Positions 14,369 through 22,307 of a stretch of 64,000 nucleotides of DNA are shown piece after piece. The position numbers and the translations under genes were made by a program. Location of the stretch: positions 285-64,284 of the forward strand of contig JAUSKM010000015.1 in assembly GCA_030646955.1 (NCBI GenBank), written 5' to 3'. How positions within the stretch are numbered: position 1 is the first letter of the stretch; every line of letters starts with the position of its first letter. Under the pieces are notes generated by a model. It did no database searches. It was given only the letters and a program-made list of their open reading frames with translations, and was not told where the DNA came from. This DNA is from a bacterium. GTDB taxonomy: Bacteria; Patescibacteriota; Patescibacteriia; JACPHY01.

Positions 14369-16171
14369 CTACTCCATAATGGGCGCGGCTGCGGTGCCTC
14401 GTGCCGGTTCGCTCGCTGCGATGACGCGGGAAGAAGCGAACACCTCCAGGGCGGCGTCAACGGTGGTGTCGCCGGTGGCGGGGCGGCAGGCGCGGTCGAG
14501 CTCTTCAAAGTGCTCCACCGCAATCGCGACGGGATCCAGGTGGAGGGGCGTGCCGACGATGCGTGCGATGGCGCTGGTGAGCGGCTCTATGATGCCGGGC
14601 TGCCGCACTTTCTCCGCGTGGAGCTTGTAGCGGAAGCCGATGGTGAGCGTCCCGTCTGCAATGCGTTGCGGGCGACCGCCTTCCAGGAGGTACGGGATGG
14701 AGCGGTTGACGTCCGCGAGATCGCGGATGATGTGGTGCCATTGTTGCTGGACTTTCGAGAGCGCCTCGGTGGCGCTCTGGATGACGGTGGATGTTGGAAG
14801 TTGCTCCCTCCTCCCGGCGGAAGGGGGAGGAATAAAACGCACCCCCTCTGACTCCCCCTCTTGAAGAGGGGGAGGAACCGGATCGGATGTATCTGTTACC
14901 GTCGTTGGGAGTTTGATGCTTGCAGGGGTACGAGCGCGCGAGGCGTGTTGGGGGGTACGGGCTGCACCGCCGGTGGTGGCGGGTGGAGCATCGTCGTCAT
15001 TGCTCCGCGATGCGTCTCGCTGAGACGAGGCGAGCTGCGCGGGATTCATTTTGCCTGGTGATGCGCTCGCTGCGGGCGCTGCGGGAACGAATGGGGAGCG
15101 CGCGAGGAGCGTAAGGACGGCAACCTCGAGGAGGAAGAACGGACGGTCTGCACGACCGATGCGATCCAGGAGTTCCGTGAACATGCGAAGCGCGAACACC
15201 TGTGCCGTCGCAACGGCACCTTGCTGGGCGGCAGCGCGTGCGGCGCTGCGCAGCTCGTTGATGATGTCGCGACAAAACGCATCCGCATCGCATCCCTCGG
15301 CTGATGCAGCATCGAGCGTGGCCAGGGCCAATGCGGTGTCGCCGGCACCAACCGCGCGAAGCAGCGTCTGGACATGCACCATGTTTGATTGCGGGAGCAC
15401 GAGCGCGGCAACATCGGCCGTCACTCGCTTCCCGCCCACCGCCATGAGCTGCCCCAACAGGGATTCTGCGTCACGCACGGAGCCGTCTGCCGCGCGGACT
15501 ACCTGCGCGAGCACCTCGTCATCCACGGCAACATCCTCTACCCCTGCAAGCATCCGGAGCCGCTCCGTGAGCGTCCCATCCCCCACGCGCCGGAACGTAA
15601 AATGCTGGCACCGTGACGTGATCGTCTCCGGCACCTTCTGCATTTCCGTTGTCGCAAGGATGAAGTGGACGTGCTCTGGCGGCTCCTCCAGCGTCTTGAG
15701 GAGCGCATTAAAGGACGCCGTCGAGAGCATGTGCACCTCGTCAATGATGTACACCTTCTTTGCTGCAACTGCGGGGGCGATACGCACCGCCTCGATGATG
15801 TACTCACGCACCTTCTCCACCTGCGTGTTGGATGCCGCATCAATCTCCACGACATCCATGCAACGTCCTGCGGTAATTTCCTCGCACCGGATGCAGGCGT
15901 TACAAGGCACGGGAAGTGTTTGCTTCGACCGGTGCTTCGCGCGAGTTTCTTCGTCGCTCCGCTCCTCGGAATGACGAGGAGCGAGGCAATTCACCGCCTT
16001 CGCCAGGAGCCGCGCGGTGGTGGTCTTTCCAACGCCGCGCGGACCGGAGAAAAGGTACGCATGCGCAACACGACCCGCCGCGATAGCCGCGACGAGCGTG
16101 CGCGTGACATGCTCCTGCCCCACGACGTCCTCAAACGTCTGCGGGCGATGCTTACGATACAGTACGGGCAT
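14369..16171 (-). CDS. dnaX: DNA polymerase III subunit gamma/tau
   Basis: MPVLYRKHRPQTFEDVVGQEHV, Walker A GPRGVGKTT, DEVHML, TSRCQ. Start trimmed to the ATG at 16171. It carries two repeat-derived segments (features at 14805 and 15941). Confidence 0.9.
   Translation of the reverse strand: MPVLYRKHRPQTFEDVVGQEHVTRTLVAAIAAGRVAHAYLFSGPRGVGKTTTARLLAKAVNCLAPRHSEERSDEETRAKHRSKQTLPVPCNACIRCEEITAGRCMDVVEIDAASNTQVEKVREYIIEAVRIAPAVAAKKVYIIDEVHMLSTASFNALLKTLEEPPEHVHFILATTEMQKVPETITSRCQHFTFRRVGDGTLTERLRMLAGVEDVAVDDEVLAQVVRAADGSVRDAESLLGQLMAVGGKRVTADVAALVLPQSNMVHVQTLLRAVGAGDTALALATLDAASAEGCDADAFCRDIINELRSAARAAAQQGAVATAQVFALRMFTELLDRIGRADRPFFLLEVAVLTLLARSPFVPAAPAASASPGKMNPAQLASSQRDASRSNDDDAPPATTGGAARTPQHASRARTPASIKLPTTVTDTSDPVPPPLQEGESEGVRFIPPPSAGRREQLPTSTVIQSATEALSKVQQQWHHIIRDLADVNRSIPYLLEGGRPQRIADGTLTIGFRYKLHAEKVRQPGIIEPLTSAIARIVGTPLHLDPVAIAVEHFEELDRACRPATGDTTVDAALEVFASSRVIAASEPARGTAAAPIME
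14805..14874. repeat. Two adjacent G/C-tract hairpins inside the dnaX 3' half
   Basis: ctccctcctcccggcggaagggggagga and ctccccctcttgaagagggggag. Translated as PPLQEGESEGVRFIPPPSAGRRE. Confidence 0.65.
15941..15975. repeat. Family-T repeat unit inside the dnaX zinc-module region
   Basis: The reverse complement gtcattccgaggagcggagcgacgaagaaactcgcg is near-identical to the intergenic unit gtcattgcgaggagcgaagcgacgaagcaatcccgg at 24924-24961. Translated as RHSEERSDEETRA. Confidence 0.75.
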
Positions 16172-16198
16172 ACGCTGCCGGAAGCGAACAACCACCAA

Positions 16199-16969
16199 CT
16201 ATCCCCTGATGATGTTCTCCACTGCCGCCCAGGTGGAGGGAGCGTCTTTGGGGACGAGGACGACAACTTCGTCGCCGGGCTCGCCGTGGTAGTAGGTCAC
16301 CGACGCGCGAAGGATGCGGAAGCGCTTGTACTCCGTGGTGGGGAGATCACTCCCCTCTGCGATCGCGCGCGCAATACCGCTGCGCTCGCCGTCCGCATCC
16401 GGCACAATCACGACGTACTCTCCACTCACGTCATCGCGCTCCAGCACGCCGACGCGACGATCGCGCGCGATCGGGCCGATCTGCTTGTACACGAACGCGC
16501 CGCGCTGGGTGATGCGGAGCTTCAAGATGTCGCCTTCCACGAGCTTGGACTTTGATGCGTAGTTCGACGGAACGCTGTATTGCTTTCCGTCCGGACCCAC
16601 CATGTGCTGCCCATCGAACACACCTTCAATGACGCGCGCCGCATCGGTGTCGGGATTCGCGCCGCTGCTCAGCATGGGATCAAGCGGTCGAACATGCGCC
16701 ATAGTTTTTGGCATTGCTGCCCCTCCTCCAGCAGTCGCCATTGCCATCACGGGAACATTGGCAACCTCACGATCCATGAGCATGAGGAGCTGACGGATGT
16801 GCGTATCCAGCTCCCGAAGTTTTTCGCGAATCACCTCCATGGAATCTGATGTCGCGACTCCCGACGGAACCTGGAGCGCCGGGAACAGCTCTGACGGATC
16901 AAACTCCGCACCCTCGAATGACGCATCCATGGAATCGAACGGAAACGATGGCATGTTTTGGTTTTCCAT
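16199..16969 (-). CDS. Conserved-looking hypothetical protein (acidic N-terminus, beta-rich C-terminus)
   Basis: Only the last 256 codons of the 627-aa track ORF look coding: MENQNMPSFPFDSMD...VIEGVFDGQHMVGPDGKQYSVPSNYASKSKLVEGDILKL...VLVPKDAPSTWAAVENIIRG. The upstream part is Arg/Ser/Trp-rich and antisense to a better plus-strand ORF. Confidence 0.65.
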   Translation of the reverse strand: MENQNMPSFPFDSMDASFEGAEFDPSELFPALQVPSGVATSDSMEVIREKLRELDTHIRQLLMLMDREVANVPVMAMATAGGGAAMPKTMAHVRPLDPMLSSGANPDTDAARVIEGVFDGQHMVGPDGKQYSVPSNYASKSKLVEGDILKLRITQRGAFVYKQIGPIARDRRVGVLERDDVSGEYVVIVPDADGERSGIARAIAEGSDLPTTEYKRFRILRASVTYYHGEPGDEVVVLVPKDAPSTWAAVENIIRG

Positions 16970-17141
16970 GCAGAAATATTTATGAACGCATACACCCAGC
17001 ATACGTCGCACGGAGCGCGTGCGCAATGGTGGAAAAACGGTGGAGGAAACGGGCGTAGGATGAACATTCCATGAGCACGCCGAGGGGGCCTTGACAGCAT
17101 GCAGTAGCCCATGGTACGGTGCGGGCACGCTCTTTGGCAAC

Positions 17142-17858
17142 ATGCCGGTGAGTGATCGGGAGGAAATGGACATGCAAGAAGGACATGAACGGGGGGGTGA
17201 TGACACGATCGTCGAGCGGGCGTACGCGATGCGACGAGATGGGCAGCTCCTGCAGGCGCAACGGCTCCTGGAGGATGCGGCGAAACGGTATCCGCGCTCG
17301 CCACGCGTCGCGCTTGCACAATCGGACACAGCGATCCAGCTCAACCAGTTCGCCGTCGCCCTCCGCGCAGCACGGCGCGGCATCGCGACGAATCGCGATG
17401 CCGAGCGCGCGGAATGGCACCTCGCGCTCCTCATCAATGCAGGCACCGCCGCACGCGTCCTCCAACGGTTCGACGAGGCGCAGGAGTTCTTGGATACCGC
17501 ATTCCGGATCGAGGAGCACCACCCGCTGGTCAACCTCCAGCTTGCGAGCATCGCGGAGCAGACGCGACGCCCAGAGGAGGCCGCGCGATTTGCGCTCCGA
17601 GCAATCGCAAACGCGAGGAAGCTCCCCGACAGCGAACGACGCATCCTGCTTGGCGCATCCGCCATCCTCAACGCGGAGACGGTCGCGCCACGTGCGACAC
17701 GCACGCAACGCGCCGTCGCCGCCGCCGTCCGCATCATCTGCGGCGATGCCGCACTCATTGTGCGACGCCAACGTCTGCTCCGCCTCTTCGACCTGCAGCT
17801 CACGCCGATAGAGCGGCGTGCGGCAGGAACGCTCACGCACCTCCTCGGCAGTGCGTGA
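17142..17858 (+). CDS. TPR-like helical repeat protein
   Basis: ...AYAMRRDGQLLQAQRLLEDAAKRYPRSPRVALAQSDTAIQLNQFAVALRAARRGIA... shows helical-repeat periodicity with GC-rich third positions in this frame. The track start at 17091 is TTG; the first ATG is at 17142. It is convergent with the ATPase gene. Confidence 0.5.
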   Translation: MPVSDREEMDMQEGHERGGDDTIVERAYAMRRDGQLLQAQRLLEDAAKRYPRSPRVALAQSDTAIQLNQFAVALRAARRGIATNRDAERAEWHLALLINAGTAARVLQRFDEAQEFLDTAFRIEEHHPLVNLQLASIAEQTRRPEEAARFALRAIANARKLPDSERRILLGASAILNAETVAPRATRTQRAVAAAVRIICGDAALIVRRQRLLRLFDLQLTPIERRAAGTLTHLLGSA

Positions 17859-17878
17859 CGCGCACATCGGAACGACAA

Positions 17879-17901
17879 GCCCCGCACCAATGGTGCGGGG
17901 C
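17879..17901. terminator. Bidirectional hairpin between convergent genes
   Basis: gccccgcacc aat ggtgcggggc, a perfect 10-bp stem. Confidence 0.6.
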
Positions 17902-17921
17902 GATTCCATTGCCGATGCGTG

Positions 17922-20342
17922 CTACCCCAGCTGTGACCGCTCCATGATCTCCTGCTCCACGAGCATGCGATCGCGTCCGTAGGTGAGGCGCGAGAGCTGC
18001 CGAATGGCATCCGCCACCTTGGGATCGCCGTGCGGCGGCGGACGCGTGTAGAAATTGAACGGCCGCTGCGCGGTGTTGTCAATCATGAGTCGGATGTACG
18101 CATTGCGCGCCTCGATGTTCATGACATCGTGCTGCGTCACGGGCGGGCCAAGCTGTGTCGCGATGGTCTCCGCATCGTCCACACCCACGCGGAAGCTCAC
18201 AACGGAGCCCACGTTCCCAAAAATCGCATCACGCACAGCCGTGTCGTTGTTCTGCACGAGCTGGCCAATGTACTGATGCGCCATGATAAGGTTCAACCGG
18301 TACTTGCGCGCCTCGGCAAGAATGGTCGCAATGGAATCGGTTACGAAGTTCTGAAACTCGTCAATGTAGAGGTAGAAGTCCTTGCGATCCGCCTCTGGCA
18401 TGTCCGCACGCGCGAGCGCGGCGATCTGCAATTTCGTCACACAGATGAGACCCAGGAGCTTCGCGTTCATCTCGCCCACTTTGCCCTTTGAGAGGTTCAC
18501 GAGCAGAATCTTTTGCTTGTCCATTATTTCACGGAAATCAATGCCGGAATGTTGCTGACCGATGATGTTGCGCACCATCGTATTCTCAATAAACCTGCCG
18601 ATCTTTGAAACGAGGTACGGAAGCATCTCGCCCTTGGTCTGACTGCTCGTCTGGGGCAGCTCTTTCTCCCAGAAGGCGCGCACGATAGGATCCGTCACCT
18701 GCTGAAGTTTGAGCTTCTGGTACCCCTCGTCCGTAAGGATGCGTGGGATTTCCACGAGCGTCCCCGGGTTCTGCATGTCCGCCATGAGCGTAATCATCGC
18801 GTTGCGCATGTAATGCTCAAACATCGGCCCGATCATCTGCGGATCGGAGACGAGCTTGTAGAAGATTGCGATCATCTCCTGCGTCGCAAAATCAATCGCC
18901 TCCGGCGTTTTTGCTTCCAGCATGTTGAGGCCTACCGGCCGCTCAACATCGGACGGGTCAAAAACAACAACATCACCCGCGCGCTCCTTGGGGATGTTCG
19001 GAAGCACGTCCTCCACGAACGAGCCGTGCGGATCAATGACGCACACACCCTTTCCGGCGCGAATGTCCTGGATCACCATGTTCAACATGATGTTGGTCTT
19101 TCCGACGCCCGTGCTCCCGATGAGGTACATGTGCCGCTGGCGATCCTGCTGCTTCATGCGTACCGTCACGTTACGGCCGCGGTATGACGCATCGCCCAAA
19201 ATGACGCCCTCCGTGGGGAGTGATACTGGCGGTGCTGCACGCCGTGCGCCGAGCCATTCAATGTTCGGCGTCTGCGCGGACGGCAGCGGGAGATGCCACA
19301 CACTCGCCATCTCCTCTGTATTGAGCACCACACGCTGCCGCTCATCAAACTGGCGGTACACAAAGCGGCGGATGCGTGCATCATCCGCGCTGGCCTTCCC
19401 CACCACGAACATGTTGCCGTACTCGGGCATCCCGTACTGCGCAAACGCCTGCGTGATGGAATTGAGGACGAGATCTGTACGCTCTGCCGTTGCTGCAGAT
19501 GCAACGATACGGACGTTCGCATCGAGTCCAAACTTTGATGCCTTCTCCTCCAATCCCTTCACGATCTCCTGCTCCATGGGTGAGAGCTGGTGCTGCTCTT
19601 TTTCTTTCGTACCGCCACCGATACCCGCGATTGCTCTCCACGATGTGCCACCTGCGGCATCCTTCCCCTGCTGCATGTCGCGCGCTTTCTGCACCCCGCC
19701 CGAACGCCACGAGCGGCGTGCAGACCGGACGACGAACTGCATCGCCGCACCCTCCTGCTCGCCAATCTTGCTCATCGCATTCGTGAGCGCATCGAGCGGA
19801 TCGGATTCCATCTTGCGGTAGGACTTGATGGGGTAGTATCCCGCGCGCTTGAATGTCACCGTCGCACCGCGAATAACGCCGTGCGGCTGGAAAATATTGT
19901 AGTCACTCGCCTCACTCATCGAGGCATCGGGCTCCTGCGCATGGAGCTGCTCCTCAATATACCCCTGGTGCCGGCGCGGTATTGCAATGTAAAACTGTAC
20001 CTTGCCGGCGGACGCAACAATTTCGAACGCGAACGTATCATCGCGCCCAAAGAGCCAGGCCTTCAGTCCGCGCTGGGCGTGCAGTCCCGCAATCGCGGTA
20101 AAAAACGCCTCGGTCTGCGCGATGGATTCCTGAATTTGCTGCGAGTTTGCCACGCCCTGCTCCTCCTCACGACCGCGCTCGCGCGGGACAAGCACCTTGA
20201 GCACCACCAAATCAAATGTCCGCACGACGGAGACGTGGTGCCGGGCAATCGCTCGCACGATGAACAGCGCCACTATGAACGCACTGCCGGCGCCGAGAAA
20301 CACCGCGAGCGCGATGAGAATCTGGAAAATAGACAGCGTCAT
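17922..20342 (-). CDS. VirD4/TraD/TraG-like membrane-anchored AAA ATPase (type IV coupling-protein-like)
   Basis: N-terminal TM segment (ILIALAVFLGAGSAFIVALFIV), Walker A HMYLIGSTGVGKTN, Walker B DFYLYIDEFQNF, and a C-terminal AHQYIGQL...FRVG region. Start trimmed to the ATG at 20342. Confidence 0.8.
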   Translation of the reverse strand: MTLSIFQILIALAVFLGAGSAFIVALFIVRAIARHHVSVVRTFDLVVLKVLVPRERGREEEQGVANSQQIQESIAQTEAFFTAIAGLHAQRGLKAWLFGRDDTFAFEIVASAGKVQFYIAIPRRHQGYIEEQLHAQEPDASMSEASDYNIFQPHGVIRGATVTFKRAGYYPIKSYRKMESDPLDALTNAMSKIGEQEGAAMQFVVRSARRSWRSGGVQKARDMQQGKDAAGGTSWRAIAGIGGGTKEKEQHQLSPMEQEIVKGLEEKASKFGLDANVRIVASAATAERTDLVLNSITQAFAQYGMPEYGNMFVVGKASADDARIRRFVYRQFDERQRVVLNTEEMASVWHLPLPSAQTPNIEWLGARRAAPPVSLPTEGVILGDASYRGRNVTVRMKQQDRQRHMYLIGSTGVGKTNIMLNMVIQDIRAGKGVCVIDPHGSFVEDVLPNIPKERAGDVVVFDPSDVERPVGLNMLEAKTPEAIDFATQEMIAIFYKLVSDPQMIGPMFEHYMRNAMITLMADMQNPGTLVEIPRILTDEGYQKLKLQQVTDPIVRAFWEKELPQTSSQTKGEMLPYLVSKIGRFIENTMVRNIIGQQHSGIDFREIMDKQKILLVNLSKGKVGEMNAKLLGLICVTKLQIAALARADMPEADRKDFYLYIDEFQNFVTDSIATILAEARKYRLNLIMAHQYIGQLVQNNDTAVRDAIFGNVGSVVSFRVGVDDAETIATQLGPPVTQHDVMNIEARNAYIRLMIDNTAQRPFNFYTRPPPHGDPKVADAIRQLSRLTYGRDRMLVEQEIMERSQLG

Positions 20343-20359
20343 GCGTACGAGCGCGATGC

Positions 20360-20809
20360 TTACTTCTGCTTCCGGGCGAGCGCGAGGATTGCGTCGGTCT
20401 TCACCTTTGCTTCTTGCGTAAGAAACCACCGGTTGAGCCGCGGGATGACGTGCAGCCATCGAACGATGTCTCCGTGCGCTTCCCGCACATCCACCGGACC
20501 ACGCACGAACATGGCTTCAAGGCGTTCTGCAAGACGGCTGGCAGCGCCACGGAATGCTTGCTGCACCTGCGGGTCCAAACCCATGTAGAGCGCCTTGAGC
20601 TGCTCATCTGCCAATGCAATCTCAATGTCTTCACGCAATGGTGATTTCTGCACGCGCGGCGCCGCCGAGGATTGCGGAATCGACGCGCGCGCTGCAGGCG
20701 ACGCGCTGGCACGCTCCGGCGCTGCCGGGCGTTGCTCGAGCTGTTCCGTGATGCGCGCGAGGGTGCGCGGCTGCTCGACAATCGGTTGTTCCGGTGATCC
20801 GAGCGGCAT
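20360..20809 (-). CDS. Hypothetical protein (disordered N-terminus, helical C-terminus), 18 nt upstream of the ATPase gene
   Basis: 149-aa ORF on the same strand, tightly spaced with the ATPase gene. The C-terminal half is LKALYMGLDPQVQQAFRGAASRLAERLEAMF.... No motif recognised. Confidence 0.55.
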   Translation of the reverse strand: MPLGSPEQPIVEQPRTLARITEQLEQRPAAPERASASPAARASIPQSSAAPRVQKSPLREDIEIALADEQLKALYMGLDPQVQQAFRGAASRLAERLEAMFVRGPVDVREAHGDIVRWLHVIPRLNRWFLTQEAKVKTDAILALARKQK

Positions 20810-20866
20810 AGCGACGATATTCGTGCTTCCAGTATACCACTTTGGTATGCATCCCGACGACCCCGC

Positions 20867-22306
20867 CTATGCCCCCCCTCGAACCTTCGGCCCGTCTTGC
20901 GTATCTTCAACGGTGTACCCCAGCGCGGCAATCTGCGCGCGGAGACGATCAGCGCGTGCCCAATCCTTCTCGGTGCGTGCGTGCTCTCGCGCACGCACGA
21001 GCTCCAGCACCTCCGGCGGAACGACGAATGGTTTACCCAAAACGTCGCGCAGCCCTAGTGCAAATACCTCATCCGCATACGCAACGAACGCGCTCTGCTC
21101 CACGGTTCGCTCGCTCTTCTTGAGGCATTCCCAGAGCAACGCGAGCGCTTTTGGCGTGTCGAGATCGTCGTTCATGGCATCCAAGAACCGCTCGGTGGTC
21201 TTGTGCACCTTCACCTTCAGCTGCGCGCTCACGCGTACCGGCGGCTTGGGGAATTCGCGGCACTGTGTTCGCAGATGCTCCAGCGCATGCTGCGCAGCGG
21301 TGAGGGATTCCCAGGTAAAGTTGAGCGGCGAACGGTAGTGCGCGCCCAGCACCAAATACCGATATGCAAGCGGATCAATCCCCCGCTCAATCAACTGCGT
21401 GATGGTAATGAGGTTCCCCTCGGACTTCCCCATGCGCTTGCCGTCCACGGTCAGGAATGCGCCATGGAGCCAATACGCTGCGAGCGGCTTCCCGTACGCC
21501 GCTTCGGACTGCGCAATCTCGTTCGTGTGATGGACGGGAATGTGATCAATCCCGCCCGTGTGGATATCAAACGGCTGCCCCAACAGCTCACGGCTCATGA
21601 CGGAGCACTCCAAATGCCACCCGGGGAACCCTGTCCCCCACGGCGATTCCCACTCCTGCTGACGTTTCCTCTGTTCCCCCCCCTCCCGCTGGAAGGGGGG
21701 GCTGGGGGGGGTAGGGTTTGAAAGTTTCCACAGCGCGAAATCGTGCGGCAATCGCTTCTCGCCCACCGCAACGCGCATACCGCCCGCCTTCTCCTCCAGC
21801 TTCTGACCGCGGAACGCCGTGCCGTAGGACGCGAGCTTCGCGGTGTCAAAATACACACCGTCCGATGTCGTATAGGTGTACCCCTGCTTCTCCAAACGCT
21901 CTACCAGCGCAATCTGCTGCGCGATGTACTCCGTTGCCTTGGGCATCGCGTCTGGTGTGAGGATGTGCAGCCGCTCAAGGTCCTGCAGGAATGCCTGCGT
22001 GTAAAAATCCGCCAGTTCCCGCGCAGACTGCTTGCGCTGCGCAGCTGCGCGTTCCAATTTATCCTCGCCGGTATCCGCGTCGCCCACGAGATGTCCTACG
22101 TCCGTAATGTTCATGACGTGCTTCACCCGCAACCCATTGAGCAGGAGCGTCCGCCGAAGCACATCCGCAAACACGTACGACCGCAAATTCCCAACGTGCG
22201 CAAAATCGTACACCGTCGGCCCGCACGTGTACACGCGAACGCTCCGACCGCGCAGCGGCCGGAACGGTTCGATCGTCTTGGTGAGGGAGTTATGGAGCGC
22301 GAGCAT
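20867..22306 (-). CDS. cysS: Cysteine--tRNA ligase
   Basis: VYTCGPTVYDFAHVGNLRSY gives the HIGH-type motif, GWHLECS the zinc site and KRMGKS the KMSKS-type motif. Start trimmed to the ATG at 22306. It contains a repeat-derived insert (feature at 21676). Confidence 0.92.
   Translation of the reverse strand: MLALHNSLTKTIEPFRPLRGRSVRVYTCGPTVYDFAHVGNLRSYVFADVLRRTLLLNGLRVKHVMNITDVGHLVGDADTGEDKLERAAAQRKQSARELADFYTQAFLQDLERLHILTPDAMPKATEYIAQQIALVERLEKQGYTYTTSDGVYFDTAKLASYGTAFRGQKLEEKAGGMRVAVGEKRLPHDFALWKLSNPTPPSPPFQREGGEQRKRQQEWESPWGTGFPGWHLECSVMSRELLGQPFDIHTGGIDHIPVHHTNEIAQSEAAYGKPLAAYWLHGAFLTVDGKRMGKSEGNLITITQLIERGIDPLAYRYLVLGAHYRSPLNFTWESLTAAQHALEHLRTQCREFPKPPVRVSAQLKVKVHKTTERFLDAMNDDLDTPKALALLWECLKKSERTVEQSAFVAYADEVFALGLRDVLGKPFVVPPEVLELVRAREHARTEKDWARADRLRAQIAALGYTVEDTQDGPKVRGGA
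21676..21716. repeat. G/C-tract element inside cysS
   Basis: ccccccccctcccgctggaagggggggctggggggggtaggg. Translated as NPTPPSPPFQREGGEQ. Near-identical to the element in rfbD at 56235. Confidence 0.75.
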
Positions 22307-22307
22307 G

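Noticed and set aside
16970-18082. N-terminal 371 codons of the 627-aa minus-strand track ORF (and the 309-aa ORF at 16980..17909)
   Set aside because: The translation is Arg/Ser/Trp/Cys-rich with no structure-like periodicity. The plus-strand frame 17142-17858 has GC-rich third positions and TPR-like helices, so only the last 256 codons (from the ATG at 16969) were kept.
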